From IMG/VR virus record IMGVR_UViG_3300045921_000484, positions 1 to 25,257 of that record: a DNA stretch of 25,257 nt, one strand, 5' to 3'. Position numbers and translations under genes: made by a program. This DNA is from a virus. Lineage: Duplodnaviria; Heunggongvirae; Uroviricota; Caudoviricetes. The notes under the pieces were generated by a model. That model was not told the DNA's origin, searched no databases, and worked only from the letters and a program-made list of their open reading frames with translations. Below are positions 9,016 through 18,576 of this stretch, piece by piece (the stretch's first letter is position 1; each line of letters begins with the position of its first letter).

Positions 9016-9234
9016 TTATAAATTATCAACTTTATGTTAAATCTGATGAGGTTTTCCATCATATTATCCTCTTATAAATTATATATAATAAGAAAATTCA
9101 ATTTGATATTTAATATATTCGATAAGGTTGACATTTTTTCAATTTTTCATTAACTTACCAATACAGAAAAAATATTATGGGAAATTTTACTTATTAAAAT
9201 TATCTATACGATTCTGTAAAAATCATTTTATTTA

Positions 9235-10944
9235 TTAGAATTCGAATTCACCGCTGGATTCTCCAGATTCTCCACCGGCTTCTTCGCTTCCACTTTCGGT
9301 TGTTTCTTGTGATACTCCTGTTTCTCCGCCAGATTCAGGTGTTGCTTGTGATCCGGTCGTTTCGATGCCTTCGGATCCAATTTCACTACCCTCAGATCCA
9401 CTTTCTGTTGTTGATCCAGATGATGATGAATCTTTTAGCCAGTACTTTTTATTTTCCTCTTTTTCTTCTGGTGTTAATTTAAATATGTGATCCATAATAT
9501 AGTCAATATGGAAGTAAGGTTTTTCACCATTCATTATACCAAGCATTGTATTTACAATGTCAGCTTTCTTTTGAATGTTTCCTAATTTTTTCCATTCTTC
9601 AAACACTTGGTTTGAGTTGAAGTTAATATCTATTTGATTCAAGAATGATTCATCATTCTTTAACTCTGGGAACTCTATTAGAATTTGCAGTTTAATTGGT
9701 TTAACAATTAATTCCTTGAAGTTTGCTCTTAATCTATTGATGAAGTTAGAGAACTTAATCTCATCTCTTGTCATCTCAGCAGCATCTGTGAATAGATTAC
9801 CGCCACCATTTTCTTTTTCAAATCTTTGAAATGGTATCTTTGATGCTCTTTTTAATGCATTGTAGAACCAAGTTAACATGTCTGACTCATTCAGGTTGTG
9901 TCCTTCTGGTGACACTAAATCCATTTGTGGTGTACCAGCGTCTCCCTCAGGAAACCATATTTGTTTATTATATGGTAAGTGCTTAGATCCATTTATAGTT
10001 AATGTACCTAAAGTATCATCCCATTCAACCTCTTCTGAATAGTCATGTATTAATTGACCAATTTGTTCTTCGGCTCTTTGTCTTGACATACCTTTAATAG
10101 GTATTGTGAATTTTTGATAAACTGTGGCGTTAATAATATTGAACATTATTCTTGTTTGCTCAAGAATCTTTAATTGATTATAAGGCTTTATTAACCCTTC
10201 AACATAAGAAGTTTCTGAATAGTCATTTTGCGTAGCATATGATATATAAACTATTTGCGAGTCTAAGAATATTCTCCTTAATTGAGGATCTTCTGGATAT
10301 TGAATCCATAAATGTCCTATACTTGGTTCATATGCTGGAACTAGTGTTTCTGGTCTTAATCTATTAAATCCAATGATGTTTTTCTTTTTATCATCATATA
10401 TGATTTCCATTGCAATAAATCCATCAATTAGGAAATCTTTCATCATGTTCCATGCTGTTATATTGTCTGAGAATCCAAATTTATTATAGATTTTCTCGAA
10501 ATATTCTTGATACTTATCTTTTATTTCTTGTGAATAATCATTTGATAATGGTTTAGGTGAACAAAAATCTTTATCGTTATATACGATAGTCTCATCTGCT
10601 ATTGTACTAATAAAGTCTCTAATTTCATCCTTTATCGAATATTCTCTTAATATTCTTCTTTTATCAGCATAAGATTTGTCTAAATATGGAATAGATTTTC
10701 TATTTAATACAGAAGCTACGGCCCTTTGTGAGAAAAAATCGTACATGCTATTTCCTCTAGCAGCTAATGGATCTTCATTTATTCCAATACCTACTTGGTT
10801 TCTGACGATCATATCGTCATAGTTCATTCCATAGTTTGAAAGATTTCTTAATATTCTACTAAATAACCCTTTATTTTCAATAGCTGTATTGATGTATATT
10901 CCGCCTGTGTTTCTTGAGTTAAATGGATTATATGATTGAGCCAT
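9235..10944 (-). CDS. gp20: Portal protein, T4 gp20-like, with acidic S/G/E-rich tail
   Basis: FLIDG, SYVEGLIKPYNQLKILE, WFPEGDAGT, YNALKRASKIP and EMTRDEIKFSNFINRLR match gp20 conserved blocks; located in the head module. Confidence 0.92.
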   Translation of the reverse strand: MAQSYNPFNSRNTGGIYINTAIENKGLFSRILRNLSNYGMNYDDMIVRNQVGIGINEDPLAARGNSMYDFFSQRAVASVLNRKSIPYLDKSYADKRRILREYSIKDEIRDFISTIADETIVYNDKDFCSPKPLSNDYSQEIKDKYQEYFEKIYNKFGFSDNITAWNMMKDFLIDGFIAMEIIYDDKKKNIIGFNRLRPETLVPAYEPSIGHLWIQYPEDPQLRRIFLDSQIVYISYATQNDYSETSYVEGLIKPYNQLKILEQTRIMFNIINATVYQKFTIPIKGMSRQRAEEQIGQLIHDYSEEVEWDDTLGTLTINGSKHLPYNKQIWFPEGDAGTPQMDLVSPEGHNLNESDMLTWFYNALKRASKIPFQRFEKENGGGNLFTDAAEMTRDEIKFSNFINRLRANFKELIVKPIKLQILIEFPELKNDESFLNQIDINFNSNQVFEEWKKLGNIQKKADIVNTMLGIMNGEKPYFHIDYIMDHIFKLTPEEKEENKKYWLKDSSSSGSTTESGSEGSEIGSEGIETTGSQATPESGGETGVSQETTESGSEEAGGESGESSGEFEF

Positions 10945-10966
10945 TTAAAAATTTAAAAATTTAATT

Positions 10967-10975
10967 TATATATTA
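10967..10975 (-). promoter_or_regulatory. Putative late promoter TAATATATA (portal)
   Basis: Recurrent motif. Confidence 0.65.
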
Positions 10976-10996
10976 AAAAATCGCGGCTCTCTCTGG

Positions 10997-11473
10997 TTAG
11001 ATATAGAATGTTCTTGATATAACCTTTATGTCATCAGGCGTTAGGTTCATTTCAATCAACAGCTTCTTTATTTCCTCATTGAAGTTAGCTAACATCTTTA
11101 AAAGTTTTTGGTAGTCATTTACAGATTTTCTATTTGCAAATTTATTGTATTCTCTCCAAGCAACCGAACCATCTTTATTTAGTGTAGCAAGTACTCTATG
11201 TGTATTATTAGGTTCTGATGTAAAAATACATAATATTCCATTTGCGTTACTTTCTCTTGAAACTGTTGCCTTAAAGAATTTTGCATTATTAAATATTCTT
11301 GTTTCACCAACTAGTATATCAAATGATAATTCATTTATCTTATTCATTTCCATTTCTTCAGCGTGTAATCTAATCTTTTCAGCTCTTGATTTCTGACCGT
11401 ATTGTGATAGTTTGTCAGCAGCGCTTTTGTATGTTGAATAATCCAGTTCTTCAAATTTTCTAAGATGTTTCAT
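10997..11473 (-). CDS. Hypothetical protein, putative internal head protein
   Basis: N-terminus MKHLRKFEE; own TAATATATA at 11497-11505; lies between portal and gp2. Confidence 0.75.
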   Translation of the reverse strand: MKHLRKFEELDYSTYKSAADKLSQYGQKSRAEKIRLHAEEMEMNKINELSFDILVGETRIFNNAKFFKATVSRESNANGILCIFTSEPNNTHRVLATLNKDGSVAWREYNKFANRKSVNDYQKLLKMLANFNEEIKKLLIEMNLTPDDIKVISRTFYI

Positions 11474-11525
11474 ATTTTAAGAATATTTTATGTGTTTATA
11501 TATTAATATTTTTCTTCCATATTTT

Positions 11526-12224
11526 TTAAGCTTTTCTTCCATATTTTTTTAAGCTTTTCTGAAGTCTATTAATGTGGTCATTTAATACTACATATTTATC
11601 GGATATATCATTCTCTATTTTATAGAAGTCGCTTATAAGAGATGATACCATCTCTTGATTTCTTTTATCTCTCTTCTCTATCTTAGCATTCCATATATCC
11701 ATTAAGGCATTTGGATCATATTTATTTTTGGGATGTTGAGAATATAAAAATCTCGGAACCATTTCTAGTGATATCTTATGAACATATTCTATTTGTGACA
11801 TATTGAATTCGGTTATTGCATATTCAAATCCTAAACTTCTTAACTCATCATACATTCCTTTATAGTTAACTGATAGTAAGGCATCTTTTTCAAAGTCTTG
11901 TTCCGATATGAATTTGTCAAATACACCAACTCTTATTTCAATTGGAATAAAGTTAAAATTAACACCAAATATTATAATCATATTTGAGAATTTTCTGAAG
12001 TCTACTGTGAATATAGGTGCCCATTTCATCCAATTGGAATCGTCTTTATAGTGTAAAAAGTAAAATCCACCTATCTGCATTTTACCAACAGGTATGTTAA
12101 GAACATATTTATCACTCTTACTATACTTCTCATAGAAGAAAAGTGAATTGTTTTTAAAGTTTTCAACAGGATCATTTCCATTAACTAATAAGTTTAGATT
12201 AACTCTATCTCTTAAAGCACCCAC
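11526..12224 (-). CDS. gp2: DNA end protector protein, T4 gp2-like
   Basis: GGFYFLHY...APIFTVD...GVNFNFIP..IR resembles the gp2 pattern G.MY.F.Y...PLI...GLNLHYLP...R; GTG start; close to gp4. Confidence 0.6.
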   Translation of the reverse strand: MGALRDRVNLNLLVNGNDPVENFKNNSLFFYEKYSKSDKYVLNIPVGKMQIGGFYFLHYKDDSNWMKWAPIFTVDFRKFSNMIIIFGVNFNFIPIEIRVGVFDKFISEQDFEKDALLSVNYKGMYDELRSLGFEYAITEFNMSQIEYVHKISLEMVPRFLYSQHPKNKYDPNALMDIWNAKIEKRDKRNQEMVSSLISDFYKIENDISDKYVVLNDHINRLQKSLKKYGRKA

Positions 12225-12330
12225 TATGTAGATTATTTTCTTTTATATATAAAAAAATGAAGAACACAGTGCGTACTAAATTATTTTTTGGAATTTATAT
12301 ATAGGATATCTGAATTTTTAATATATAGTA

Positions 12331-13920
12331 GTGATGACAACAAATGAAAAAATTATAGAAAGGATTAGGTTAATACATGGTGATAAATATTCACTTGATA
12401 AATTTATTTATTCATCTTATAAAGAAAAGGTAACTCTCGTTTGTAAATTACATGGTGATTTTAGTATAAGTCTAAGTAATTTGATAAGTAATAAAAGGGG
12501 ATGTCCAACTTGTGGAAAATTAAAATCAAAAAACTCCAATAGATCAAATACTGAGGAGTTTATTTCAAAGGCAAATAAAGTGCATAATTTTAAATATAGA
12601 TATGATAATGTTGATTATTATAATTGGAAGAAAAAAGTTTCAATAATATGTGAAAAACATGGTGAATTTAAACAATCGCCATTTAACCACCTAAGAGGAA
12701 GTGGGTGCCCTAAATGCAATAAAGGAAGACCCCCTATGAAAAAAAATATTGAAACACAAGGTATAGATGATAAAATATCATATAGATTAAAAAAGTTTAT
12801 AGAAATTTCAAATAAAGTGCATAACAACAAATATGATTACTCAAATGTTATATATTACTCTTCCAATAAAAAGGTAAAAATAATATGTAAAAAACACGGT
12901 GAATTTGAACAAACACCAAGTCACCATAAAAGAGGCAATGGGTGCCCATCTTGTTCATATGAAAACAGTTTCGGGTCAAGAATAAAGACATCCGACTTTA
13001 TATCAATTTCTAAAAATAGACACCAAGGTTATTATAGTTATAATAAATCTATATACTTGGGAAATAAAGAGAAAATAATAATAACTTGTCCAATACACGG
13101 TGATTTTAAACAATTACCTAAGTATCATATGAATGGTGGTGGTTGTCCAAAATGTAATATAGGAAAACATGGAAGAGGTGGTGGTAAAGGAAATAAAAAA
13201 TTAAAATACACAACAGATGAATTTATAAAAATTTGTAATAATTTACACAACAATAAATATGATTACTCAGAAAGTAAGTATAACGGATCAAAAAGTAAAA
13301 TAAAAGTTAATTGCTTAAAACATGGAACATTCGATGTTTTAGCATATCATCATATGAATGGGGTAGGTTGTGTTTTTTGTTCAATAGACGATAAAAAGAG
13401 AACAAGAGAAGAATTAATAAATGAATTAAATATTATACATAACAATAAATACGAATATATTTTTCTCGATGATTTTATATCTACAAAGGATGATATAAAA
13501 ATACTATGCCCAACACATGGTGAATTTTTTCAAAATGTAGAAGTTCATTTAAGGGGTAGTGGATGCACATTATGTAAAACCAAAAGTAGGGGAGAAATTT
13601 TAATAAAAAATATACTAAATAAATATAATATAGATTTTACAAAAGAAAAAAAATTTGATAATCTTAGTAGATTTAGATTTGATTTTTGGGTACCAAAGTT
13701 AAATACAGTGATAGAATTTGATGGAAAACACCACTTTAAATCTATACCATTTTTTGGTGGTAAAAATACATTTGAAAAAATTAAGAAAAACGATTTAATC
13801 AAAAATACCTATTGTGTAGAAAATAACATAAACTTAATAAGAATAAGTTATAGTGACTTGAAAAATATTGAAGAAATAATAAAAAAACAAATAATAGAAA
13901 ATGTTAAACTCCAAACCTAA
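12331..13920 (+). mobile_element. Free-standing homing endonuclease-like CDS: six zinc-binding repeats plus C-terminal PD-(D/E)xK/Vsr-like nuclease
   Basis: Six C-x-x-HG-x-F...G-C-x-x-C repeats preceded by KY(D/R)Y motifs; C-terminal SRGE...FDFWVP...IEFDGKHH...LIRISY; own TAATATATA at 12319-12327; sits between gp2 and gp4 and overlaps the gp4 start. Confidence 0.8.
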
Positions 13921-14436
13921 TAATAACGATAAATATTATCAAGGTAATTATTTACCAATAAATAAAGAAAAAATATTGAAATTGAACAACCAGGGCGGAA
14001 TCTTTTACCGTAGCTCCTGGGAAAAAAAAAAAAAATAATGACTTGGTTGGATCATAATCCAAATATAATAAAATGGGGAGCTGAATGTATTAGAATACCA
14101 TATCAAATGACTCACTTTGAAAATGGTGATTCTAAGATAAAGGAGCACTCCTATTATCCAGATTTTTATTATGAAATAAAGCTATCTGATGGTAGAGTTG
14201 ATAAAGTTGTTGCTGAGGTTAAACCAATGAAAGAATATAAAATGGTTTTGGATCTTAATGAGGGAAAACTATCTGTTCCAGATAAGGGTTTGAAGAAATT
14301 GAAGAATTTCGAATATGATCTAAAGATGGCTTATAAGAATAAGAATAAATGGGAGACTATGATTAATTGGTGTAATTTAAAAGGTTATAAGTTTATTGTT
14401 ATAACTGAGGATATTCTTAAAAGGTTTAACATATAA
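13901..14436 (+). CDS. gp4: Head completion protein, T4 gp4-like (TnsA-like nuclease fold), frameshifted at an A14 tract (14022-14035)
   Basis: ATG 13901 gives MLNSKP...YQGNYLP.NKEK...IFYRSSWEKKKK*; the next frame (14038) gives MTWLDHNPNIIKWGAE...IPY...YYPDFY...EVKP...NKW...F.VITE; together they form a complete gp4. Confidence 0.85.
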
Positions 14437-14767
14437 AATGTAGTAATATTATTACCGATATGTATATAGATGATATTATTGGTAGAATAGTATCATATAT
14501 AATGTACAGTTTTCTATTTATATGATATAAAGGGGATTTTAATAATTTTAGGATTAATAATATTGAGAAGCTTAATGGATTAATGAATAATCCAATTACT
14601 ATAAATATCCACATTAATAATCTTGTAAAATAGAAAAGGAAGTCAGTTACTGGTGTTGATTCTATGTCTTTATTTTTGAAATTTATATCTAATCTGTCTC
14701 TATTGTAGAGATAGTATATTTCATTCCAAATGAATAGTGATGAAAATATGTAGAAAAGTGTAATCAT
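14426..14767 (-). CDS. Hypothetical membrane protein
   Basis: 113 aa with several hydrophobic segments; ATGA overlap with the upstream ORF. Confidence 0.7.
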   Translation of the reverse strand: MITLFYIFSSLFIWNEIYYLYNRDRLDINFKNKDIESTPVTDFLFYFTRLLMWIFIVIGLFINPLSFSILLILKLLKSPLYHINRKLYIIYDTILPIISSIYISVIILLHFIC

Positions 14768-15069
14768 GGTTTTATTATTAATTCGCCCATATTTATTAGG
14801 TTGTTTAGTTGATTTTCAGCTATTTTGATTGACTTCTCCTTTTGTAGTATTGTAAATAATTTATCGTCTATAAATACTTCCATTTCTTCACCAAGTGTAT
14901 TTTCATATTCATTTGGAGCTGGTTCCATTCTTTCTGAATATATAGAGTTGATATATTTAATTCTCTCTTCACTATTTGTGTGTATCGAACATCCACTAGA
15001 TCTAATGTTTGATTTGTCATCAGAGCATTTTTCGTAATATTCCCAAAGTTGCATAATTGCTTTATTCAT
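14764..15069 (-). CDS. Hypothetical protein
   Basis: Likely start ATG 15069 (MNKAIMQLWE...GCSIH); coupled to the downstream ORF. Confidence 0.65.
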   Translation of the reverse strand: MNKAIMQLWEYYEKCSDDKSNIRSSGCSIHTNSEERIKYINSIYSERMEPAPNEYENTLGEEMEVFIDDKLFTILQKEKSIKIAENQLNNLINMGELIIKP

Positions 15070-15106
15070 ACTATTCAAATTTATAAAAAATTGTATGTTT
15101 TTGGAC

Positions 15107-15133
15107 AAACTAAGTTTTAAAAATTAATATAAT
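15107..15133 (+). promoter_or_regulatory. Putative early/middle promoter AAACT-N16-TATAAT upstream of glnII
   Basis: Shared arrangement with dam, gp55 and gp44. Confidence 0.5.
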
Positions 15134-15156
15134 AAACAAAAAAAATAACTGAATTT

Positions 15157-16245
15157 ATGAATAAAATAATGCTAGAGTATATTTGGTTGGATGGTAATAA
15201 CCCTCAACAACTAAGAAGTAAGACTAAAATCGTTGATAAAGTAGATACTTTTCTAGCTAAGGATTATCCTGTTTGGTCATTTGATGGTAGTTCAACCAAT
15301 CAAGCTAACTCTGGAAAGGGAAAGAATACAGATTGTTTATTGAAACCTGTATATGTCACATTGGATCCATTTAGAGGTGGTAATAATAGATTAGTTCTGT
15401 GTGAAGTGTTGAATCCTGATTTAACACCGCATTCGTCAAATAATCGACATAAATTAGTTTCCAAATTAAAAGAATTGAATATTGACGAGAATTCAACACC
15501 TATGTCATTATTGCCTTGGTTTGGATGGGAGCAAGAATATACTTTGACACACAAACCAGTTTCGCCATTTTCAGAGGGTGTTGGATTGCCACTTGGCTTT
15601 TCACCTGGTATGTCACCAAGACCACAAGGTGATTACTATTGCGGAATTGGATCAGATTCTGTTGTTGGTCGTGAAATTGTAGAAGAACACATGCGTAAGT
15701 GCATTGAGATAGGATTAAATATTTCTGGTATAAATTCTGAAGTTTTATTGGGTCAATGGGAATATCAAATAGGACCTGTGAAACCACTTGATGGTTCTGA
15801 TCAACTATGGATATCAAGATACATATTACAAAGAGTTGCTGAGAAACACAATGTCAATGTTTCATTACACCCAAAACCTATTGAGGGTGATTGGAACGGA
15901 ACGGGATGTCATGTTAATTTCTCAACTAATGAGATGAGAAGTGAAGGTGGTATAGATATTATCGAAGAAACAATGAAGAAGTTAGAAAAAGCACACAATG
16001 AACACATCAGTGTTTATGGTTTACATAATGAAAAGAGATTAACAGGCAAACATGAGACATCTGGTATACATGAATTTAGTTATGGATACAGTACTAGAGA
16101 TACATCTATAAGAATCCCAGCTCAGGCTATTATAGATAAGAAAGGGTATTTTGAAGACAGAAGACCAGCTTCTAATTGTGATCCTTATTTAGTGTCTAGT
16201 AGGATGTTACAGACAGTTTATAGTAAAGTAGAAGAGTTAGTATAA
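15157..16245 (+). CDS. glnII: Glutamine synthetase type II (auxiliary metabolic gene)
   Basis: EYIWLDG, LRSKTK, WSFDGSST, PWFGWEQEYTL, PQGDYYCG, QWEYQIGP, PKPIEGDWNGTGCH, RLTGKHET, SIRIP and YFEDRRPASNCDPY. Confidence 0.96.
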   Translation: MNKIMLEYIWLDGNNPQQLRSKTKIVDKVDTFLAKDYPVWSFDGSSTNQANSGKGKNTDCLLKPVYVTLDPFRGGNNRLVLCEVLNPDLTPHSSNNRHKLVSKLKELNIDENSTPMSLLPWFGWEQEYTLTHKPVSPFSEGVGLPLGFSPGMSPRPQGDYYCGIGSDSVVGREIVEEHMRKCIEIGLNISGINSEVLLGQWEYQIGPVKPLDGSDQLWISRYILQRVAEKHNVNVSLHPKPIEGDWNGTGCHVNFSTNEMRSEGGIDIIEETMKKLEKAHNEHISVYGLHNEKRLTGKHETSGIHEFSYGYSTRDTSIRIPAQAIIDKKGYFEDRRPASNCDPYLVSSRMLQTVYSKVEELV

Positions 16246-16247
16246 TC

Positions 16248-16278
16248 AAAAAACCCACTCAATTGAGTGGGTTTTTTT
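16248..16278. terminator. Bidirectional rho-independent terminator between glnII and gp55
   Basis: AAAAAACCCACTC-AATT-GAGTGGGTTTTTTT. Confidence 0.88.
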
Positions 16279-16404
16279 ATTCCATATACTTTTTTTATTG
16301 CATTTCTTCTTTTTGTTATTCTCAGTGGTACTAGTTTAATGTGATTTGCTACAGATGGTGGTTTTATGACAATATCGAATGTTTTAATATTAACAATACT
16401 AAGA

Positions 16405-16770
16405 TTAGATTGAGTGTAATCCTTGTCCGTCATTTGATCCTTCAATAGATATTAGTTTTATTTGATGTTCGTTGTCTCCTTTTTTCTTATAAAGTTCGTT
16501 ATAGCCTTTAGCTATACCTCTTTTGAACACTTCTGTGAAGTATGCAAATGCATTTACTGATTTATCTTCGTTAAAGTTATACCAGTTTTGAAACATATCG
16601 AGTAGTCCACTTTGATAACAGTCTAGTTTATCATCGTTTGACCAGTATCTCATTTTTTTGATCGTTTTCTTTGCTAGAAGTTCTAGCATTTTCTCAGCAT
16701 TTTTTGTTAATTTTCCTTGTGCTTTTGACACGATGATCTCTATATAGAGATCTTTATTATTTAGATAAAT
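16405..16770 (-). CDS. gp55: Late-transcription sigma factor, T4 gp55-like, probable ATT start
   Basis: Frame extends upstream of GTG 16731 to IYLNNKDLYIEII (gp55 YVNNKEL-like motif); also YWSNDDKLDC, NFNEDKSVNAFAYFTEV. Confidence 0.8.
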   Translation of the reverse strand: MYLNNKDLYIEIIVSKAQGKLTKNAEKMLELLAKKTIKKMRYWSNDDKLDCYQSGLLDMFQNWYNFNEDKSVNAFAYFTEVFKRGIAKGYNELYKKKGDNEHQIKLISIEGSNDGQGLHSI

Positions 16771-16865
16771 AAGCGTTGGATTATTTTTTTAGAGTTATTA
16801 ACTCTTAAATTTATTCATTTATTATATATTTTTTTTAATAAAAAAAGTTTAATTAATTCAATATT

Positions 16866-17134
16866 TTAATAAACCTTTTCAAATTTTATTTTAACACAAT
16901 CATATATTTTAAAAATTCCATTATCTTTCATATATTGATTTTCTGTTATCTCTTTTATTTTAAAAATTTTTCCTGAATATCTTTAGATTGCATTAAAAAT
17001 TCAACACCATATCTTTCTGAATTTTCTATACTTATTTCAAAAGTATCACCGGAAGTATCATATCCAAGGTTTTTGAAATAATCTAACCTCCTGTTTCCAA
17101 AAGTATTTAAAATTATTTTCTTATTAATTATCAT
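16866..17134 (-). pseudogene. Internally deleted homing endonuclease remnant
   Basis: 59-aa ORF 17134-16955 (MIINKKI...YFKNLGYD...ERYGVEFLMQSKDIQEK), paralogous to the 8617 ORF, then a frameshifted ITENQYMKDNGIFKIYDCVKIKF, like the (R/K)IYDCG end of Hef-like endonucleases. Confidence 0.7.
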
Positions 17135-17181
17135 ATTTTATATACTAATTATTAAATGGTATGGTGATTTCTTTTAATAAA

Positions 17182-17213
17182 AAAAATCCAGAAATTAATA
17201 TTTCTGGATTTTT
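17182..17213 (-). terminator. Rho-independent terminator downstream of 17230-18513
   Basis: Perfect inverted repeat AAAAATCCAGAAAT-TAAT-ATTTCTGGATTTTT. Confidence 0.8.
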
Positions 17214-17229
17214 AATATTATAAATTAGA

Positions 17230-18513
17230 TTATAATTTAATTCTTTCTTTATATTGTAGCTCCTTGACTGCTTGCAATTCACTATTAAGATTTGAACTTC
17301 TTTTTTCTAAATTTTCAAGAGCGGTTTTTAATATCTCTGATTCACCAATCATTTGAATGGAACTTTTAATTTTATCAATATTAAATTTAATATCTTCTAA
17401 TTTAAGAGTAATTTCTCTTTCTTTATCTTCGAGTTTTCTTTTAATAATTAGTTCTTTACTTAATTTATTTTCATAAAAATAAGTCAAGTCATAATTTAAT
17501 TCATTTTTCACCTCGTTAACCAACTCAAGAGCTGATTCATATTTGAAGAAGGAGTTACCATATCTTTCATCGCATCTATAAACAAAAATATTATTTTTGT
17601 AATTAAATGCAAATATTTCAAGATAAGGGTTTATTAGGTTGTTAACTTTTTTAACAACGTCTAATTCTACGAATTTATCAAGATTTTTAGATACTTCTAA
17701 TAAGATAGGGTAGAAGTTTTTATTTACTATTGGAACAATAGGTGATGAGAATAGGCTTTCTAATGTAGTTTCTTCGTTTAATTCTTCATCATTTATGAAG
17801 ATAGCGCCTTTTTTATTAACAGATAATCCAACTGTTAGATACTCAGAAATTCTAAAATTAATTTTGTCTTCTGATATAGAAGCATATTTCATAGCTGTTT
17901 CTAACATCCTTAGAGATCTTAAATCTTGTTCATTTTTAACATTATTTTCTAGAAGAGTTTTCTCGATTGTGTTTTCACTTAAAAGGAACCAAGAATCTTT
18001 AACAAGTGCAATATGACCATCTTCCACTTGCTCTACAATTGTGTAGACTGACTCACCCTTACCTCCACTTAGAAGGTTAGCTTTTTGTTCAGGGGATTTT
18101 GTTAAATTGTGTACGAATAGTTTTATTTCTGGGACCCAGTCATAAACAGCTAATTCATTAAGAATCTTAGACATTCTATCTTGATCTGAATCAAGGTTTA
18201 TTGTTTGTAATAGAACATTTATTGGTTGTCTATAAAGCTCTCCTTGATTCTTAGAGTTAAGGACATTATATAAATTCTTTAATTCATATAAAATCTCATA
18301 TTTCTTTATATCATTATTAAGATTTTCAAGTAAAGATTTAACACTTTTATCATAAGTATATGGCTTAAGCTTTTCGTTTAATGAATTTATGATTGTCTTC
18401 TCCGACATACTATTACATACATTCATATGTGCCTCAATAATTACTGATATCTCTTCTTGGTCAAGAGAAAGTCCTTTTTTGAAGTTAAACAATTCAAGTT
18501 TAAGATTCTTCAT
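17230..18513 (-). CDS. Hypothetical late protein with C-terminal coiled coil, probably virion-associated
   Basis: 427-aa ORF, TAATATATA at 18541-18549, own terminator. Confidence 0.8.
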   Translation of the reverse strand: MKNLKLELFNFKKGLSLDQEEISVIIEAHMNVCNSMSEKTIINSLNEKLKPYTYDKSVKSLLENLNNDIKKYEILYELKNLYNVLNSKNQGELYRQPINVLLQTINLDSDQDRMSKILNELAVYDWVPEIKLFVHNLTKSPEQKANLLSGGKGESVYTIVEQVEDGHIALVKDSWFLLSENTIEKTLLENNVKNEQDLRSLRMLETAMKYASISEDKINFRISEYLTVGLSVNKKGAIFINDEELNEETTLESLFSSPIVPIVNKNFYPILLEVSKNLDKFVELDVVKKVNNLINPYLEIFAFNYKNNIFVYRCDERYGNSFFKYESALELVNEVKNELNYDLTYFYENKLSKELIIKRKLEDKEREITLKLEDIKFNIDKIKSSIQMIGESEILKTALENLEKRSSNLNSELQAVKELQYKERIKL

Positions 18514-18576
18514 ATTTTAAAATATTTTTTTTATATAAACTATATATTAATGTTAAAAAGTCATTTTTTACCACTT

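Noticed and set aside
9016-9234. AT-rich gap with a palindromic ATTATATATAAT (9078-9089) and a YDGKPH fragment on the minus strand, possibly a nuclease relic or ncRNA
   Set aside because: Only a 6-aa resemblance, no sustained ORF and no convincing RNA structure
16218-16445. 75-aa minus-strand ORF downstream of gp55
   Set aside because: Overlaps gp55 and glnII, runs through the terminator and has no recognisable motif
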